Below are positions 45,948 to 59,327 of a DNA stretch of 64,000 nt, piece after piece. Under the pieces are notes generated by a model that had not been told where the DNA came from, did not search any database, and saw only the letters and a list, made by a program, of their open reading frames with translations. The translations under genes were made by a program, and so were the position numbers. The stretch's first letter is position 1, and each line of letters starts with the position of its first letter. Source of the DNA: Paramecium tetraurelia (lineage: Eukaryota); NCBI GenBank assembly GCA_000165425.1, contig CT868207.1, positions 620,001 to 684,000 of the forward strand, in the 5' to 3' direction.

Positions 45948-46462
45948 ATGCAAAACTCATAACTAAGTAATGTTTAACTTAGGTTTAATTCATTTGTAAT
46001 GAGATAACCATTAGATTACAATCATCAATGGTTGCAAAAGAAAAAAAAAAAAAAGTTGAGATCCAACATAGCCTTTGGTTCATCTCAGGACAAACTCAAG
46101 GCCAAACAATTGCCCACATTACCTGATTACGATATCAATTACACTTCAGTCGAACCGAATTCACGAAAGGCGATAATAGCAAAATCGGACAAGTCTAAGA
46201 GATCTTTAACAGAAATATCGAGATCCTACATTACTCCTTCAAGAATGAGATTACCAGAATTAGTCTAATAGTAGAACCAAGGCCTAGTGCTGAAGCCTTG
46301 TATCTTTCAAGTCAAAGAATACACTCCAAAAATGTATGAAATTTTACCCTATACTGCCAATGAATTAAAGGAATGCTTCAATAATCTCTTGTATTATATA
46401 TAAATCGATCAATTAGGTCTAAACACAAAGTGAAAAAACCAGACTACAATTTCATCATATGA
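45948..46462 (+). CDS. Hypothetical basic protein
   Basis: ORF MQNSQLSNVQLRFNSFVMRQP...IAFGSS...LPDYDINY. Ends at 46462 if the 26-nt 3' intron is spliced, otherwise at 46433. Confidence 0.6.
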
Positions 46463-46483
46463 CTAATTTGTTATTTATATTAA

Positions 46484-47170
46484 TCAAGCACTTCTGGTGG
46501 TGCAAGCTTCAATTTTTGGTCCTTAATAATTTGTGCAAGCCCAAGCAACTAGGTCTTCCAAAATAAGATCCTCTTCGGTCACAATGTGTCTCTTGTTAGT
46601 TGTAATCCAAGGAACATAATTATGAGCTGGTGATAGACCGTCTGTTTCTTCGGCTGCTGCTAGATGCAATTTGTAACCTTGGTCACCCTTGAAAGTTTAA
46701 ATAGTAAATACATTAGCGCATTCTTTGACGGCAGTTCCTGAGATTCCAAAATCGGCTGCGCAGAGACTTGCTGCCTCATCGAAACGGGTGTTGGTATAAG
46801 GCTTGAATATTCTCCTGTCAATACAGATGGCCCATTGAACTTGGAGGATCTCGTTGTCATTAGGATATTTTGTAGCTAAGATGTTCTACCCACACAATTG
46901 GACATAATTTCCATAGCATTCAACAGCTCCGTGTTGGCATGTGAATTGCCATTTTCCAGTGGCTTAATTGTAGACTCTTTTCACATTTCCGTATGGTACT
47001 ACTCTAATATGCACCATTTCTTCGATATCGGGAGTATCGACTGCTTCTGTCAAGGAATTCAACAGAAACTCCATGCAGTCGGGACATAAGGATTCGGTAT
47101 AAACATCTACCGATAATCTGCTTTAACAAAGGGTTATTGTGAAAAGAAGGGCTAATCCTAAAAATTTCAT
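46484..47170 (-). CDS. Gamma-interferon-inducible lysosomal thiol reductase (GILT) family
   Basis: Signal peptide, VYTESLCPDC (CXXC), VPYGN, CQHGAVECYGN signature, YVPWI. Confidence 0.93.
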
Positions 47171-47233
47171 TATTATAATAATGACGCAATCGTGAGTTTC
47201 ATACTTTGATAATTATTTGTTCGTTAAATAAAA

Positions 47234-47923
47234 ATGCAATCAATATTAAGTTAATGTGGTGCTCTTGATGAGGAATTCCTTAATTTGGTCCCCACTATAG
47301 AAACTATGGTTTAGGAATTGTCTGTGGTAAGTCGAGAATTCGTTAGTTCTAAATTGGAATTTCTTAAAAAATATTCCTCTTCTCTCAAATCAAGTTAGAT
47401 CGATGCTCGAATCCATCGAAACCAGCAAACTCGAAATCTCATTGAATATGTGAAAATGCATAGACAATCTAAAACAAAATCAGTAAGTTAAATTTGTACA
47501 AGTAAGCATAAATAGAAATTTCATACTGATTCCGGATGGAGTGGCATCCAGAATTGCTACTCGACATCTTGTTCAACTATACAAACTTCAGAATTCACTA
47601 CAGTCTCGCAACAGAAAAATAATAAAACTCTATCAATAAAAACACTTAAGCAACTTATTACAAAATAAAAAAAACATTAATAAAAGACAAATGAATAAAT
47701 TTTTAGATTAATTAATAAATGTATGAATTTAATATCCGAAAATTCACATCTATACCCACAATACCCAAGCTTATTAGAAGAGTACTAGAATATACGCAAA
47801 AATAATTCCAGCCTAGAACAAAAGTTGAATCTAGAAAAGAAGTCCTAAGAAGTTAAGGAAAATTTCAAGAAACTAATACAAAGCTAAGAATCATTCAAAT
47901 CTTACTTAAATTCAGTCATTTGA
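47234..47923 (+). CDS. Hypothetical protein with C-terminal coiled coil
   Basis: Uninterrupted ORF from MQSILSQCG to YLNSVI*. Confidence 0.65.
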
Positions 47924-47939
47924 TTATTTTATTAATAAT

Positions 47940-49770
47940 TCAATTTTCAGAACCTGAGGATTCGGAATTCTCTGAATTACTAGATTCCTTATTCTTCTTC
48001 TTCTTCTTTTTGCTAGTCTTCTCTATTTCCTTCTCCTTTGCATTCATTATCATCAACTATTACACTGCGTCAGCCAATTAACCTGTTTTCTTTAGAGATC
48101 TATTGACTCCCTTATTCAATTGCAATTTGAATAAGGCAACAAGGTCCTCATCCAACAGCTTCACTAATTTAGGTGTTATTTCATCATCCTAATCCTACAA
48201 TTACTAAAATGCTTTCTAAGCCTCTAAAGCCTTATCTAAATCTGACTATTCAGGTTTCAATATTGAACAATATTCATTTTCACTTGCCTTCATATGCAAT
48301 CCTAATTTTGGTTTAGGTAAATAATCAAATAACTTAATTTGATCTGAGCTCAACAAAATCAATTTCAATTTATCTATTTCCTGTAATTTCTTTATTATAT
48401 AAGTGATATCTAAAGTGTGCGTGATTTTCCCCATTGAAAAATTTATGAGCTCTCTCTTCCCTCCTTTTTTACATTGGCAACACCCAAAATAATCAAAGAA
48501 TTGGAGATCAAGACGACTTTCTTGTTCTTTAAAAAATTAAGTGATATCACTAGAAATTTGATCCAATAACTTTGATTTTTAGTTTGCATCATGTTCAGCC
48601 ACTTTTGACATTCTATTAAACTTCTCTAATTAAACTGACTTATTTAAAATTTCTCTCACCTTTGCTTTACCCTTATTATCAGGGTGTACTTTATTATCAT
48701 AATCCATTTCAAAGTTGAACAATTCATTCAACAAAGACACTCGATAGGATAAATTGTTGAAGGGCATTATGAATAATAAACTACACAAATATATAATTTC
48801 CCAAAATCCACCAATGTCTCCTAAATACTAATATACTCTAGGATAAGACCTCTATGTTATGAATGTTTTTTGATCTAAAGATATATTTATTTGGAAAATT
48901 TATTAATCTGAACTTTTATCTTAAATTGTTTCATAGTAATTTGAAATTGACAACATAGTTTCTTCATATTAATCTTATACAATATATCCATTATCAGTTT
49001 AAGTCAATTGTGGCTGCAATATTATATTGAGTTTTTTCGTAAAGTTTAGCAATGATGTTAAGACAAAGGACTTTCCAATTAAATTCACAGGCTTTTTGAA
49101 ATTAGAAATGTCAGTGTTTGCTGATGTCATTTTCAATAGGAACTGATCACTATCCATGATATTAGGGGCTATGCATTAGGTACTTCTAATAAATTTTATA
49201 TTTATTACGCAGATGTACACTATTTGACTTTGATTTATAATGATTTATCCTTTGAGGATTCTAAACCTCCTTCCAAGACAATCGAGGTGAGAAACTTCCA
49301 ATCAATGCAGTACCAAATCTGATCACTCTTATCAAAATATGCATTGAGGGTTGGATCGTCAAATTAAAAATCAATACATTTAGACATGGGGATTTCTTGG
49401 ATGGTCAAACTATTAAAAATGTATTAGAATGTTACCCATCTGTTTAACCTATAGATCCTTCTAGGATATATGAAGCCATAAGGTCATTGCCTTTTTGAGC
49501 TATAGCTATGCTAAAATTTTAAGGAGCCAAATAAAATGGCTTCTAATCTTCAGAGTAGGTAGTGTAACTAATAGCACTTGGGTTATTTCTAACAATTAGC
49601 GATTCAAGACCACTATAATAAACCAGAACTACTAAACTCACTAATATTGATGTTAGAAAAACTCCCAAATATGTTCTATGACCTTATTCCTTTAATAATA
49701 ATAAACTGACTGGTCTAGTGTAAACATTAAACTTTTTGATGGCATTGCTAATAGATGGAAGATTGTGCAT
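47940..49770 (-). CDS. Two-TM membrane protein with a large Cys-containing loop (DEG/ENaC-like architecture)
   Basis: TM1 YLGVFLTSILVSLVVLVYY; loop of about 230 aa with 4 Cys; RSYPRVYQYLGDIGGFWEIIYLCSLLF (TM2); cytosolic LDITYIIKKLQEIDKLKLILL...LPKP. Confidence 0.8.
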
Positions 49771-49928
49771 TCAAATGAGTTAAAATAAATTAATATCAAA
49801 TGTAGTAACTGAGCAAACTTAGATTTTATTGAATTAATTTCGAAACATTATCTAATAATCAAAATGTAAATTATACTACTAAAATTACTATTTCTAAATA
49901 TTAAAATTAAAAATGTAACATTCTAGGA

Positions 49929-50058
49929 GCTCATGAAGAATATAGTATATTGCAACCATATAAGGTATAGTTTCTGCGAGAAGACATAGAAAGGGGTTAA
50001 TGATAAAAAAGTTGGAATAATCAGCTATACCATATAGTAATGTAATCAGAACTGAAGC
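49929..50058 (+). ncRNA. Candidate box C/D-type structured RNA
   Basis: GCT-C-ATGAAGA (C-like box, 49933-49939) ... CTGA-AGC (D box 50052-50055) with a GCT/AGC terminal stem and a long internal duplex containing G-U pairs. Confidence 0.4.
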
Positions 50059-50133
50059 ATAAGTGTGATGGAGTTAATTGAATTAATATTACTTGATAAA
50101 TCTATTACTAATGTACTATGAATAGAGAAAAAC

Positions 50134-50783
50134 TCATTTTTTCTTTTATTCGACCTTCTTAACATAAAATTCAAGTTCCTTTCCTTCAAGAATGTAACCG
50201 TCGGCTCTGCCAGATTGTCCCGGTCTTGATGTGATTCTGACTAGAAGTCTTTGATTTTAGAATTATTCAGCAACTAAATTATCAATAACTCTATCCTTCA
50301 ATCTGGCTTCTAGTTTCTTTTTTAATGAGTTTGATTTCTTGACTTCTTAAGGTGCTGGTTAGTCCTAATGGAGTAATTAAATAATATTACCTTCTTTTGA
50401 GTCTTTTTGGCTCCCAAATCGATGTTGTATTTTTTTAAATAAAATTATTTGAATGGTGTAGCATCTACTTACACAATGACACCTCTGGTGAGTGTTTTGG
50501 TTCTGACTAATTCATTATTTGATGGATGATAAACAACTTCGACAATCTTTGCTTTTTTTGCAACACCTTCGCTAGCCCAAGAGAAATTTCCATCTGATAA
50601 ACGAAGAGCTCTGAATTTAAAGTTTCCTCCTCGGACTCTCAATCTTCTAACTCTCTTTTCGCCAGATACTAATTTAGTCATAGCAGCTTGTCTTCCTTTC
50701 TCGAAAGCTCTCTTCTTCTTATGAATTGGCATACGACCACCTGTGAGTCTTCTTTTGTGTCTGCTATCTCTTGAAATACCCAT
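50134..50783 (-). CDS. RPS8: 40S ribosomal protein S8 (eS8)
   Basis: [16 protein letters not shown]...[14 protein letters not shown]...[10 protein letters not shown]...[25 protein letters not shown]. One intron near 50366-50390. Confidence 0.98.
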
Positions 50784-50848
50784 GAATAATAAAAAAAGAT
50801 TTTATTTAATTTCAAATAACCACACATATACGCTTATTTAATATAATT

Positions 50849-51840
50849 ATGAAACAGAATGTGACTCACTCCTATTAGATTATGGACCGAATTGGTTTCA
50901 TTAAGAATATGATATCCACTCATTAAAAGAAACTCATCACTGAACCTAAACGTAGTTCCTCCTATTTAGAAACCACTTAGACTGAAATTGTTAGGCGAAG
51001 TAGAGATTCATTTCATAAATAATAAAGTCATTTGAATGAAACATCTGCATCTGACTATTTAAGTATACAAGAAAGTGCCAACGTCAGATTGTTAAGAGAG
51101 GAACTCAAAATTACCAAAGGTTTACTGGATAAGCGATCAATTGAGTAGAATCAATTGTTGCAAGACAATCAAGGACTTAGATCAGATATGGTCTAAATGA
51201 AAGAAGAGAATGAAGAATTAAAATATCAATTAAAGAAGGTTGTCAGAGAGAAGGAAGATTATAGAGAAGAGTTGACATTTAAGTTGAAAAAGATAGAGTC
51301 GTTGAATGAGGAGATTCAAAGATTGGAGAAATCTCAAAATCAAATGATCTCTGACTTAAAGGAAGCAAGGGAAGCCATGTAAAATATTAGACAGTATGAG
51401 ACTGAAATTAAGTCAAAGGAAAAATAAGTATACATCTGCCTTTATTAAATTAGCTGTTAAATGATTGGCAAAAACTAGAGAAAGACAAGCTTCTACTCAA
51501 AGACAGACAATCTTAATTGCTAATACTTCAAGAATAGTTACAACTGGAAGTTGAAAATATTCAATCTCTTAAAAATAGAATCATTTTGAAGGAGAAAAAG
51601 ATAGTTAATGTTGAATAAGAAAAATAAAATAGATTAAAGGAAAAAGAGTAATAACTTTAATTAAAGGAGAAACTTATTTCATTCAAAGAACTCAAGGTGG
51701 AAAAAGAGGAGAAATTAAAAGATGAAGTAGATCAGAAATTATTAATTTTGGAAATGAATGAAGATTTATGGAAAAAAAGAGTTCAGGCAGAATTTACTAA
51801 AATTAAAGAAGTATAATAAAAACTTAAAATAATTAAATGA
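50849..51840 (+). CDS. Coiled-coil protein
   Basis: MKQNVTHSY..., long E/K/Q heptad region, one intron near 51428-51453, TGA 51838-51840. Confidence 0.75.
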
Positions 51841-52074
51841 AAATTCACTTAACTATAAATTTTGTAATATTTTTAGCTTAATTTTTATATTATTTATTTT
51901 TTAAATCCTTCTTGCTTTTCAATTTAATTAAACTTGTTAAAAATTAGCTATCCTTCTAAAAAATTGCCAGTTCTCTTGAATTTAATAATACCCATCAAAA
52001 ATTTACTTGAAAAATTATTTCAGGAAAAAAGAGAATTAAAGTCCTTCCTTTTTTACACAAAAATAATTAATTAA

Positions 52075-52617
52075 ATGAAATACATTCCATTAACCTAACA
52101 TTTTCAAACAGTTGCAATGCTGTATGAAAAATGTGCAGATCTCTCCTCTTAAATAGATTCACTACAATCACAAATTACAAACAATGATGGATAAAATGGA
52201 TAAATGAAGAATGAAAAAGTCGAAAAATAATCTCTAATTATAGAAGATCTAACTTCCAGGGTTCCAGAAAAGATCAATCTTCAACCATAAATTGAAAAAA
52301 GAGTATAGCAAAAGGATGAAATTGAAGAAGAGAAATAGAATTAAGAAAAAACTATATTGAAAATTGGAAAATCCATTGAAAAATCCAATAAAATGAAAGT
52401 ATCCTTAACTTGTGATCATTGTAATAAAGAGTTCTAAACAGAAAGACAGTATAAAAAACATTAATATCGTGTCAGGTATAGAGGTCAAGATAAATCAAAA
52501 AGTAAATCATAAAAAGATCAATCAAAAATAAAAGAGAAAAAGGAAAAAAAGGATTAATAGGATAAAAGAGAATCATCAAGCAAAAAATCACTAGAAACAT
52601 TCCAAATATGCCTTTGA
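52075..52617 (+). CDS. Protein with a single degenerate C2H2-type zinc finger
   Basis: LTCDHCNKEFQTERQYKKHQYR followed by a basic tail. Confidence 0.7.
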
Positions 52618-52747
52618 TTTTAACCATATAAAGTCAAAATATAAATAAAGATGTCATTTTTTTCAAAAAAAAAAACAAAGTTTCCCTTTTTCTGATGATG
52701 GAATGTCGTTTTATTTTAAAGAATTTTTTGTTTATATGTATAATAAA

Positions 52748-53201
52748 ATGTCTGAAATTTAATAACAAATGCCACATAGTTCTAAATTAGATTAAGAATC
52801 AGCCACTAATGCTAAAAATCACTTATTGTTAGTTAATGTAATTAATCTTGTGTAAGTAAAAGAATGTTACAGAGTTATCTAATGAATTACTATAAAGCTA
52901 CAAGCATGAGATTGATCAATTAAAATAGGAGTTACATCTCATGAAACAAAGAATAACAAATAACAATGAAGAAATTAAGAATACAACTTAACCAACTCTA
53001 GATGCTATGTTAAGAGATATGAGATAAGTAATTTATAAATATAGCTAGGCTATTAATACTCAAAAAGATGAGAACTCTAAATTGCAAAGCTAAATTACAG
53101 AATTAAAAAAAGAAAAAAGTCAAATCTAGTAATTGATAATTGCAGCAACATAAAAGGTAGCAGAACTTGAACATTAAGTTGGAAATTATACATCTGCTTG
53201 A
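52748..53201 (+). CDS. Small coiled-coil protein
   Basis: MSEIQQQ..., two introns, ...QKDENSKLQSQITELKKEKSQIQQLII...LEHQVG..*. Confidence 0.75.
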
Positions 53202-53229
53202 TTTTATTATTACACATAAATTATAATAT

Positions 53230-53740
53230 TTAAACAAACTCCATCAAATTATTTGAAGCATTCTATATTGATAAAGTTGTATAGAATGATTTTAAAGAAT
53301 TACAAAATCAATTTTTGGATACCATTAAACAAACCCTTGAAGAAATTGAAGAATTATTTTTTTTAAATAATTTAGGGAGAATCCAAAGAAATTCTCATGT
53401 AAAAGGAAAAAGAATAAGAAGTTATCAAATTCACAAAACTTCAATTGAATCTATCAGCATAGATACTCAATAAAAATGTTTAGAGATAGGATTCTTCAAC
53501 TTAACTATATTAATCATTCACGAATATCAAACTAATTCAAGACGATAAGTCTAATTAGACTAGTCACTGAATATTGAGGATTTCTAAATCTGCGCGATAA
53601 GAAAACCTTGAATTAATAATCAATCTTTAATTAAAAAAATGTTATTTAAACTTTAAAATAATAGAAATAAGCTCTTAAAACCTATTCTATTACTTACAGA
53701 TGAATTGGAATAAATTAATCAGAAAAGAAACTGTTATTGA
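53230..53740 (+). pseudogene. Probable decayed gene
   Basis: Coding-like frame (IKLFEAFYIDKVVQNDFKELQNQFLDTIKQTLEEIE) with no ATG, an intron-like tract starting GA instead of GT (about 53351-53375), and internal TGAs. Confidence 0.3.
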
Positions 53741-54648
53741 AATCAGATTAATTTATATGTATTAATTCAAGTAATAATATATTTTATTATTCATAATATT
53801 CTATTTTTAAAAATGAATCCAAAATATACTACATTTAAATAGAGAAAACAAATTTATTTATCTCTTCTTCTAATTCTTCAATATTTAGATTATTTATTAA
53901 TCAAAGCAGGGTTCTTTTCCTACTTAGCTACCAAGTTAATAATATTTTCGTTTTATTTAATTACTAAGATGAATATTAAATTGAAAATTTATTTTGTTCT
54001 TTTTATCGTCATCGATAAATATAAAAATATCAATATTATATGTAATTTACTTATTTGTAGGGGTACTTTTTTTTCAATAATTCAATATTCTATCTCACTA
54101 GAGGTATTTTTGATTTTATATGTTTAGGGCACTTTTATAAAAAATGGGGAAAACCTAATAAGTACAATAAGATTTTCAAAAGGCACTGGGGAATATACAG
54201 ACCAATAAAACAGGAAATTAAGGGTAATCGTAAACTCGGCCAATATAAGAAGCTGAATGATCTTCTGAAGGTTGCTGCTGTTAATTTTTATTGAAAATTA
54301 ATATTGATGTAAATATCAATATTAATATTTTGTTTATTTATGATATTATGTCTACAGATGTTGATGTTGAATTTACATCTAATAGCATCTAAATATATAT
54401 AATCTAATAACTTTGTGTAATAATAAATAAAAATCAACTTGTTTTACATAGCTAAATGGCAGTCAACTAATAGTTTTTCTCTACAAATTGAGATTAAAAT
54501 ATCTATATCACGTTGTAAAATTATTCATTCCTCTATTTAAGAAGATCAAATTGAAGTTTGTAGAATGTAACTTTTTAAATTTTAAATTTTATTGTATAGC
54601 TTTTAGGTAAGTAGGTTGTAATTATTGAATAAAAAATAAATTTATCAT

Positions 54649-57366
54649 ATGAATAATTCAGAAAATCAATCGCAACAATCAGAGTAAACTCAAACAATTG
54701 ATTATTCTCAATACTTAAATGGAGATCGAAGTTAGAATACCGATTATGCATCCTTATTAGAGAGGACTATATTTCAATTACTAAAAAAATATCCAGATGT
54801 ATTCACTTACAACTAGCATTAAGTGTATGATGGTAAGAGTGCAGGGGCAAATTATATCCTAGAAAATGGGTTATTATTAGGTAATGGAGCTTATGGATCT
54901 GTGTACTCCACTGTAAATCCAAAAAACAATTAACCAGCAGCCTTGAAGGTATAAATAAATTGTAATTACGATTAAGTAATCATGCAGGCTGAAGAATTTA
55001 AAGTTTAAAAATAAATTTCTATCCAATTCCCAGAATGCATCATCTAGATATAAAATAAAATTTTTATCAGCTAAAAATATATGAACACTTATCGATTGTA
55101 TGCATATTTGGATTTGGGATTGGGAAACCTAAAAGAATATTAAATATAATTAAAGAAATTTACAGAAGATCAATTCAATAATCTGTTCGATTGTATTTTA
55201 GATAGTATTTTAAAAATTCACTCTCTAAAAATTGTTCATAATGACATTAAATTGGAAAATATTATAAATACTTAAAAAAATGGGTGGGTTTTAGCTGATT
55301 TTGGATGTGCAATTTAATACGCAACTCCTTATGGTGAATATCCTATTGTTGGAACTAGAGCTTACATGCAAAAATAAGTGAGAAAAGCCTTGAACAATAA
55401 CTTAAAAAAATTCAAAATGAATTTATTTAACAAAGATATTTATGCATTTCAACTGACAATGCTTTAGATACTCTATCCTGAGGATAATATTAATGATTTA
55501 TAATAGATTTTAGATCAATAGAAATTAGTGCATCCGAAGATTAATTCACTTTATAATAAAGATTATCTCACTATAAAATCATAATTTCTATAACAAAAAT
55601 TCATTAGAACTGCAGTAATTTAGGAGCCAATCTTAAGCACTGAATATCTCAAAATGAAGTTGGAAAAGAATTTCAAACTTAGTTGCTAATACAAAGCATA
55701 TCGGGATTTATAAGACTTACCTTACAGTAAAGATATGAACTATTGGACTTAATGTATGATGAATCTAGCTAATCAAAGCGATTATCGTGAATAAGAATTT
55801 TTAAAAAAAACTATGATTTTGGATTCCTTTGTAGATAAATATACTTTTCAATATTCAGCATAGGAGATCTTTGAAGAAATATCATTTGAGGATTTATCTA
55901 AATTTGAATATGACCTATACTATGATGTTTTAGAGAAGAGAGGTTAGAGGATGCTCTAATTGATGCTTTGTTAGGGATATCAAGCAGTTTTAAATACACC
56001 GAACTGCAGTTTAAAATTCTAGGAGGCAGAGTTACTCTACATAATTGGCGAATGGGAGTAGGCTAAGGAAGCCATAAATAGTATACAAAATGAAATGGAA
56101 TTAGAGAATGATGAAATGCTACTTAAGTTTATTTGTTTGAAGGCCAGATTGAATGGCCAATGGATAAACATTAGAGAAGAAATCATACCATACTTTCTCT
56201 ACTATAAGGACATTCATTAGATCTTAATGGAATGGAAGTATATATTGATAGACTCGATTTGGTAAGACTAATCGAAATGTATATTTAATAGACTTTACGA
56301 TCGAAAGAATAACATATTTTTTGATGACCTCAATACATTCAAAAATAGCAATTAATAAGAGCCTTTCAATTTCGATTTTTTTAAATACATTAAAGTGTTT
56401 GACTTTTGTCCAGAGAATTTTTTTTCATCACAGGACACGCTTATTAAATTGATGTAAAAACGGAATTACGATAAATATACTATCTTTTATTAAGGATGGA
56501 TATCTTGCGAAATAATGTCGTATCATGATGAATATTTAGTATTCATAGAAGAATTTATACAATTTATTGAATAGAATCTAGAAGGATATTATTTTAATTG
56601 GATTATTTATGATTATTATTCAAGATTCCTCATCTATAAAGGTTAATTCAGTAAGGCTAAGCTTTATTTTTATAAAGCAATTAAGATAGTAGAAAAAGAT
56701 TGCATCTATAATTAATTTACTCTTTTTCATCATTTATTTTCATTGCAAATCTAGGAAGACAATTTAGAAAGTGTTGAAACTTTTAGTAAAAATATCGATC
56801 TTTTAAAATAAATGCCTAACTCTTAAATCACTTTATATTTATTTGTATGGTTGATGCTTGAAATAATACATTTGTGTGAAAAATAGTATTCATTTAGATT
56901 AGCAAATTTTTTTAATTAAGCAATCAATATTTTAAAAGCATAATTAGTTGGTCATACATTAGGCTTGCGTATCATCTATGCGATTGAATAGGATTTGGCC
57001 TCTCAAAAGAAGGACTTTGATGCTTTCTAGTCTGCAACATGGCAATATTTACCGGATTTAATTGAAGCATTAAATGAAGATTATGAAGAAGAAGTCCTAA
57101 ATAGTTTTCAATAAATATATAAACTTATAGAACATTAGAATTTGAGGTTGGAGGATGAAACGAAGCATACATCTAGATGGTTATAATCTACGATTGTCTT
57201 TCAATCGATTGGTTTTAAAATTCACAAATTTGATAACCACTTTGTAGCTGCAGTTCCATGTTTTTATTCTCGTTCATGCCGTAGGTAAGGTAATGAGAGA
57301 AAATTATAGGAAGCTCAGGAGATATTTAAGTTTACTCTTATGAATCATAGTTGGTTATTTTTTTGA
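54649..57366 (+). CDS. Divergent protein kinase with a long helical/TPR-like C-terminal region
   Basis: Intronless 905-codon ORF. LGNGAYGSV, AALK, HNDIKLEN, LADFG, GTRAYM (no APE). TPR-like ELLYIIGEWEQAKEAI and FLIYKGQFSKAKLYFYKAIKI. Confidence 0.85.
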
Positions 57367-58257
57367 ATTGCAATGATATAATTAAATATTTTTATATCCA
57401 AATCCATTTGAATAGAATAAACAATCATTATAAATATTTTATAAAGATATTCAAGAATTAAGTATGAGAAATTCTTAGTTTTACATAATCTTCAATTATT
57501 TTATATTTTATATATAAAAATGCAATTTTGAATATCAAATATATTTTGATCTAAAGTTAAAATCATTCTTATAAAGAAATTAAACCAGGATTGAAGAAAT
57601 TATGTTTATTTGATGAATTACATTAAATTTTTGTCAAAGGGGTTTATTTCATTAAAGGTTTGTTGATAGAGTTGCAGATTTATTATTCAATTAAATTTAA
57701 TTTAAAGAATCTAAAAGCAGGAATTTAAAAATATATTGATGAAATATCATTTAAAATTATCATTATGATTTTAAAAAACACCAAAAATTAATTCGAAATT
57801 TTGCCTGTCTATATGCTCAGGTAGTGTTGAAATCAAGATTCATATATTTATCAAATCATATATTAATAAATAACATATCAAATTAATAGAGTTGATATTT
57901 AATAGCCATTTTTAAAATACAGATTGTATAAAGTTGAAAAATTCTAAATGATTATAAAAGTACTATCAATATAAGAATTAGGTTATTAAAACAAAAAGAC
58001 TTATAAATAATATTTAAATAACTTTAACATAAATGAAATTAATAATTATAATTGAAATTTTTATTCTTTAATTAAGGAACAAATTCATAAAAATAAAGAT
58101 AATTTTAACCAATTTTAATTTTCAAATTAATTTTTCTATCTATGATTGAAAATTTCAACAAACTATCAATAATAAATCATTTAGAAATCATATATAATGA
58201 TATTACAACCAATAATAGGAAAATGCATTTAAATTTAATAAAAATATAATCATAATG

Positions 58258-59327
58258 TCAATAATATATTGATCGCTCTATTCCCTTAGTAGTAGATTGC
58301 ATATAACTTTTTATCTTTGCTTTGGATTTGTCTTGGTCTTTACCTTACCATTAGACAATTAAAGGGTATTATCCAGGTCCAGGTAATAAGGATTATTTTG
58401 ATTTACTCTTTTTTGGATCTTTGAACCTCACATCAGTACCAAAAGTCTTAATAAATTATTAATATTTACATGTTTATCTACTCTTTCTTTTTTTTTGGTA
58501 TTTACTGATAATTTATTAAAAGTAGTAAATGAGAGTGGTTCTGGATTATATGAGCCTACGTCAGGCAGTGCTGATTTTCCCCTTTTTTTAGCTTACTCTT
58601 AATGTTTAGTTATAAAATCAGAAGGTTTGGTTTCATTTTTCTTTAATTTTTTTGATATTGGCTAGCCTAGTATAATGATAATACTCTGGGATTATAATTT
58701 CCTGGACCTGGATTAATTACAGCTAAGTGTTATATTTCATTTAAATAAGTAGGTCTGTCAGCTGCTCTAAAAATAATAATATTTAGAGAATACTCAATTT
58801 TTTTCTTTTTTTATTCTTCCACTTGTTTTAATACTTCGTCCAAAGGTTTTTCAACGTTATATTTACCAGAACCTGGAACTCCTCTTAATTTAGCCTCCTT
58901 GAATATTTAGTCAATGAAAGTTGTTCTAATAATTATCAATAAAACTACCTTTTTGGTGGAGCTGACCTTGATCGAGTGCTTTAAGCCTAAATCACCCAAG
59001 GCTTAACAATATCGTACTTATTTGGGGCAGGCAGTTTCTCATATATTTTCTTTTGATCTTCTAAATAGTGTCCTCTTTTAGTAACATATCCTAAATTTTT
59101 TTAACCTTGAAATAACATGCACATAACTTACCTTTCTTTTATGCTGAAAATTTTCTATCCTCCATTTGCTTAAGTGGATCGGCATATTTTTTTGGAACTT
59201 CATATCCTTCAATTCCAAAAGCAGATGTTTGTTTTGTAGCTATTCTGAACATGTCTTCCATTGAAAATTCTATTGATGAATTAGTTATTTTACCTAAATT
59301 AGGGGCTGCTGATTAAACTCTTCTCAT
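58258..59327 (-). CDS. SHIPPO / sperm-tail PG-rich repeat protein (ODF3-like, probably ciliary)
   Basis: Repeats LPAPNKYD, VPGSGKYN, NPGPGNYN, LPDVGSYN, YPGPGQYP. Several short introns. Confidence 0.82.

Noticed and set aside
49990..50010. Minus-strand ATCATTAACCCC resembling a ciliate telomerase RNA template
   Set aside because: It is followed by TTT rather than a repeat-alignment region, lacks the UGUCA boundary motif, and the G-U pairs favour the opposite strand.
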